A stretch of DNA of 18,295 bases from Armatimonadota bacterium (GTDB lineage: Bacteria > Armatimonadota > Zipacnadia > Zipacnadales > UBA5352): contig JAYENL010000305.1 of the NCBI GenBank assembly GCA_034722055.1, forward strand, positions 1-18,295, written 5' to 3'. The position numbers and the translations under genes are program-made. The notes beneath the pieces are model-generated. The model was not told the DNA's origin, made no database searches, and saw only the letters and a program-made list of their open reading frames with translations. This document shows positions 16,659 to 18,295 of the stretch, piece after piece. How positions within the stretch are numbered: the stretch's first letter is position 1; every line of letters begins with the position of its first letter.

Positions 16659-17029
16659 CCCTCGTGGACAGCTCTGGATGGATCGACTACCTGACAGACG
16701 GGCCGCGGGCGGACCGCTTCGAGGAGTACCTGCAGGCCGATGACCTGCTGGTGCCGGCGATAGTGCTGTATGAGGTCTACAAGTGGATGAAGCGCGAGGT
16801 ATCCGAGCACGAGGCGATGGCTGTTGCCGCCCGGCTTCGCCATCATCAGGTCGTGCCACTTGACCAGGACCTTGCGCTGGAGGCGGCTGACACGAGCCTG
16901 CGCCACGGCCTGGCGATGGCCGACGCGATCGTCTACGCCACCGCCAGGCACTACTCCGCCACCCTCGTGACTGGCGAGGCCGACTTCTCCGCCATCCCGG
17001 ACGGGGAGTACATCGCGGAGGAGAAGTAG
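16655..17029 (+). CDS. vapC: PIN-domain toxin (VapC family), 124 aa
   Basis: TTG start overlapping the antitoxin stop (TTGA). PIN motifs LVDSSGWI, VLYEV, LAMADAIVYATA and LVTGEADF. Confidence 0.92.
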   Translation: MTLVDSSGWIDYLTDGPRADRFEEYLQADDLLVPAIVLYEVYKWMKREVSEHEAMAVAARLRHHQVVPLDQDLALEAADTSLRHGLAMADAIVYATARHYSATLVTGEADFSAIPDGEYIAEEK

Positions 17030-17119
17030 CCTGAGGCGGCGGCGAGTGAAGGTCCCGAGGCACCGAAGGAGAATGATTCCACGTGATATGACCCGCGATC
17101 TGTCGGAAAGGAATGCTCC

Positions 17120-18040
17120 ATGAAACTCGAAGTTGATGCGTACTTCGAGACAGACTTGGGCGCGGCCTATCTGGGCGACGCCGCGGAACTGCTGCAGTCT
17201 GTACCTGACGAGAGCATCCAGCTCATTGTGACGTCGCCTCCCTACGCGTTGCAGCGCCCAAAGGAGTACGACAACGTACCGCCCGAGGAATACGTAGATT
17301 GGTTCATGCCCTTTGTACACGAGTTGCACAGAGTCCTGTGCGAGGACGGAAGTCTGGTCGTCAATATCGGCGGGAGCTGGAACAAGGGGCAGCCGACGCG
17401 ATCAGTATACCCCTACGCTCTGATGATGCAGATGACCGAGGTCTTCCATCTGGCGCAGGACCTTTACTGGTTCAACAGTGCGCAGCTTCCTACTCCCGCC
17501 GAATGGGTGGCGGTGCAGCGCGTCCGGCTGAAGGACGCAGTTGAGTTCCTTTGGTGGTTCTCCAAGACCCCCTACCCCAAGGCGGATAACAGCTGTATCC
17601 TGAAGCCGTACAGTAAGTCGATGAAGAAGCTACTGCAGCGTGGCGACTACAACGAGGGACCGCGGCCGTCCGGCCACGACATATCCCAGGGATTCGCGAC
17701 CGACAACAACGGAGCGATTAGGCCAAACTTCCTGCTTTGTGGGAACACAGCCTCCAACGGCCTCTACATGCGACGCTGCCGAGAACTGGGAATCAGGCCG
17801 CATCCAGCGCGGTTCCCCAAGCCAATTCCTGATCTCTTCGTGCGCTTTCTCACTGACGAGGGTGATCTCGTTCTTGATCCGTTCGCAGGAAGCTGTCTCA
17901 CGGGCGCTGTTGCCGAGGCTCTCGATCGCCAATGGCTATGTTTTGACATAGTAGAGGATTATCTGCTTGGAGGAGCACTCCGGTTCGACATAGACCTCAC
18001 CGGGGGAGCGGTGGACGATGCAGACAGAGTTCAGTCTTGA
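17120..18040 (+). CDS. Beta-class amino DNA methyltransferase, M.PvuII-like (probably N4-cytosine), 306 aa
   Basis: Motif IV TSPPY is near the N-terminus and motif I DPFAGS near the C-terminus (beta order). Blocks TSPPYALQRPKEY, EYVDWF, YWFN, KDAV-WWFSKT, RPSGHDI and HPARFP closely resemble M.PvuII as I recall it. Confidence 0.9.
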   Translation: MKLEVDAYFETDLGAAYLGDAAELLQSVPDESIQLIVTSPPYALQRPKEYDNVPPEEYVDWFMPFVHELHRVLCEDGSLVVNIGGSWNKGQPTRSVYPYALMMQMTEVFHLAQDLYWFNSAQLPTPAEWVAVQRVRLKDAVEFLWWFSKTPYPKADNSCILKPYSKSMKKLLQRGDYNEGPRPSGHDISQGFATDNNGAIRPNFLLCGNTASNGLYMRRCRELGIRPHPARFPKPIPDLFVRFLTDEGDLVLDPFAGSCLTGAVAEALDRQWLCFDIVEDYLLGGALRFDIDLTGGAVDDADRVQS

Positions 18041-18236
18041 GCGCGACACGGACATCGAGATTCACAAGCAAGGCGCGATCAAGCTTCTATGCAAGCCATT
18101 CGCCACACATGAGAAGGGCCTGCCAGAATGGGTCAAGAACTCGGCCGGGGCGTACGACCGGGCCGCGACACCCGTAGGTGAGCGGCTGATCGTGCTTCTG
18201 TTGGGAGGTGATCCCCTGTGGCACGACCACTATTGA
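18018..18236 (+). pseudogene. Probable truncated GHKL (MORC/MutL-like) ATPase, N-terminal fragment only, 72 aa
   Basis: Overlaps the MTase end by 23 nt. GLPEWVKNSAGAY followed by a hydrophobic strand (RLIVLLL) resembles the GHKL N-box (ExxxNxxDA). No DxGxG box follows, and the frame runs into the next gene's SD and stops. Confidence 0.55.
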
Positions 18237-18295
18237 TACCGAGGAACGTGCGGCCGCTCCTCGAGACGCTGGTCAAGGCGGCCAAGCAGTTCTCG
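18218..18295 (+). CDS. 5' end of a gene running off the right edge (MARPLLIPRNVRPLLETLVKAAKQFS...), product unknown
   Basis: Strong SD GGAGGTGAT at 18204-18212, GTG at 18218, and an open frame of 26 codons to the window end. Confidence 0.65.
   Translation, partial: MARPLLIPRNVRPLLETLVKAAKQFS

Noticed and set aside
17027..17086. Possible read-through of the vapC TAG adding PEAAASEGPEAPKENDST
   Set aside because: The PIN domain is already complete at 124 aa and there is no evidence of recoding.
1..18295. tRNA, rRNA, CRISPR array, transposase or integrase
   Set aside because: No such signatures were seen on either strand by manual reading.

Overview
High-GC bacterial window (roughly 65-75% by eye). 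The variant PEP-CTERM tail and the many secreted glycan-enzyme-like proteins suggest Armatimonadota or a PVC-like lineage, but this is inference only. From left to right: the 5' end of a minus-strand gene with a near-consensus sigma70 promoter; a PEP-CTERM-type surface protein with a non-canonical 'TPELPP' sorting signal, its own promoter, direct repeat and terminator; a secreted CBM9-like/DUF5060/clan GH-A hydrolase; an uncharacterised 761-aa protein; a minus-strand three-gene operon of exported proteins (Kelch/Asp-box propeller, GH42/GHL-like hydrolase, hypothetical); and a large exported methyltransferase-fold + PQQ-propeller protein with an inserted, apparently circularly permuted LamG domain. 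The right end is the edge of a defence-type locus: vapBC, a lower-GC M.PvuII-like N4-cytosine DNA methyltransferase, a truncated GHKL (MORC-like) ATPase and the start of another gene. The most striking pattern is near-absence of the PvuII site CAGCTG: none of 12 Gln-Leu codon pairs use it, and the only copy I found is inside the methyltransferase gene. All family calls come from motif recognition by eye; no searches were run.
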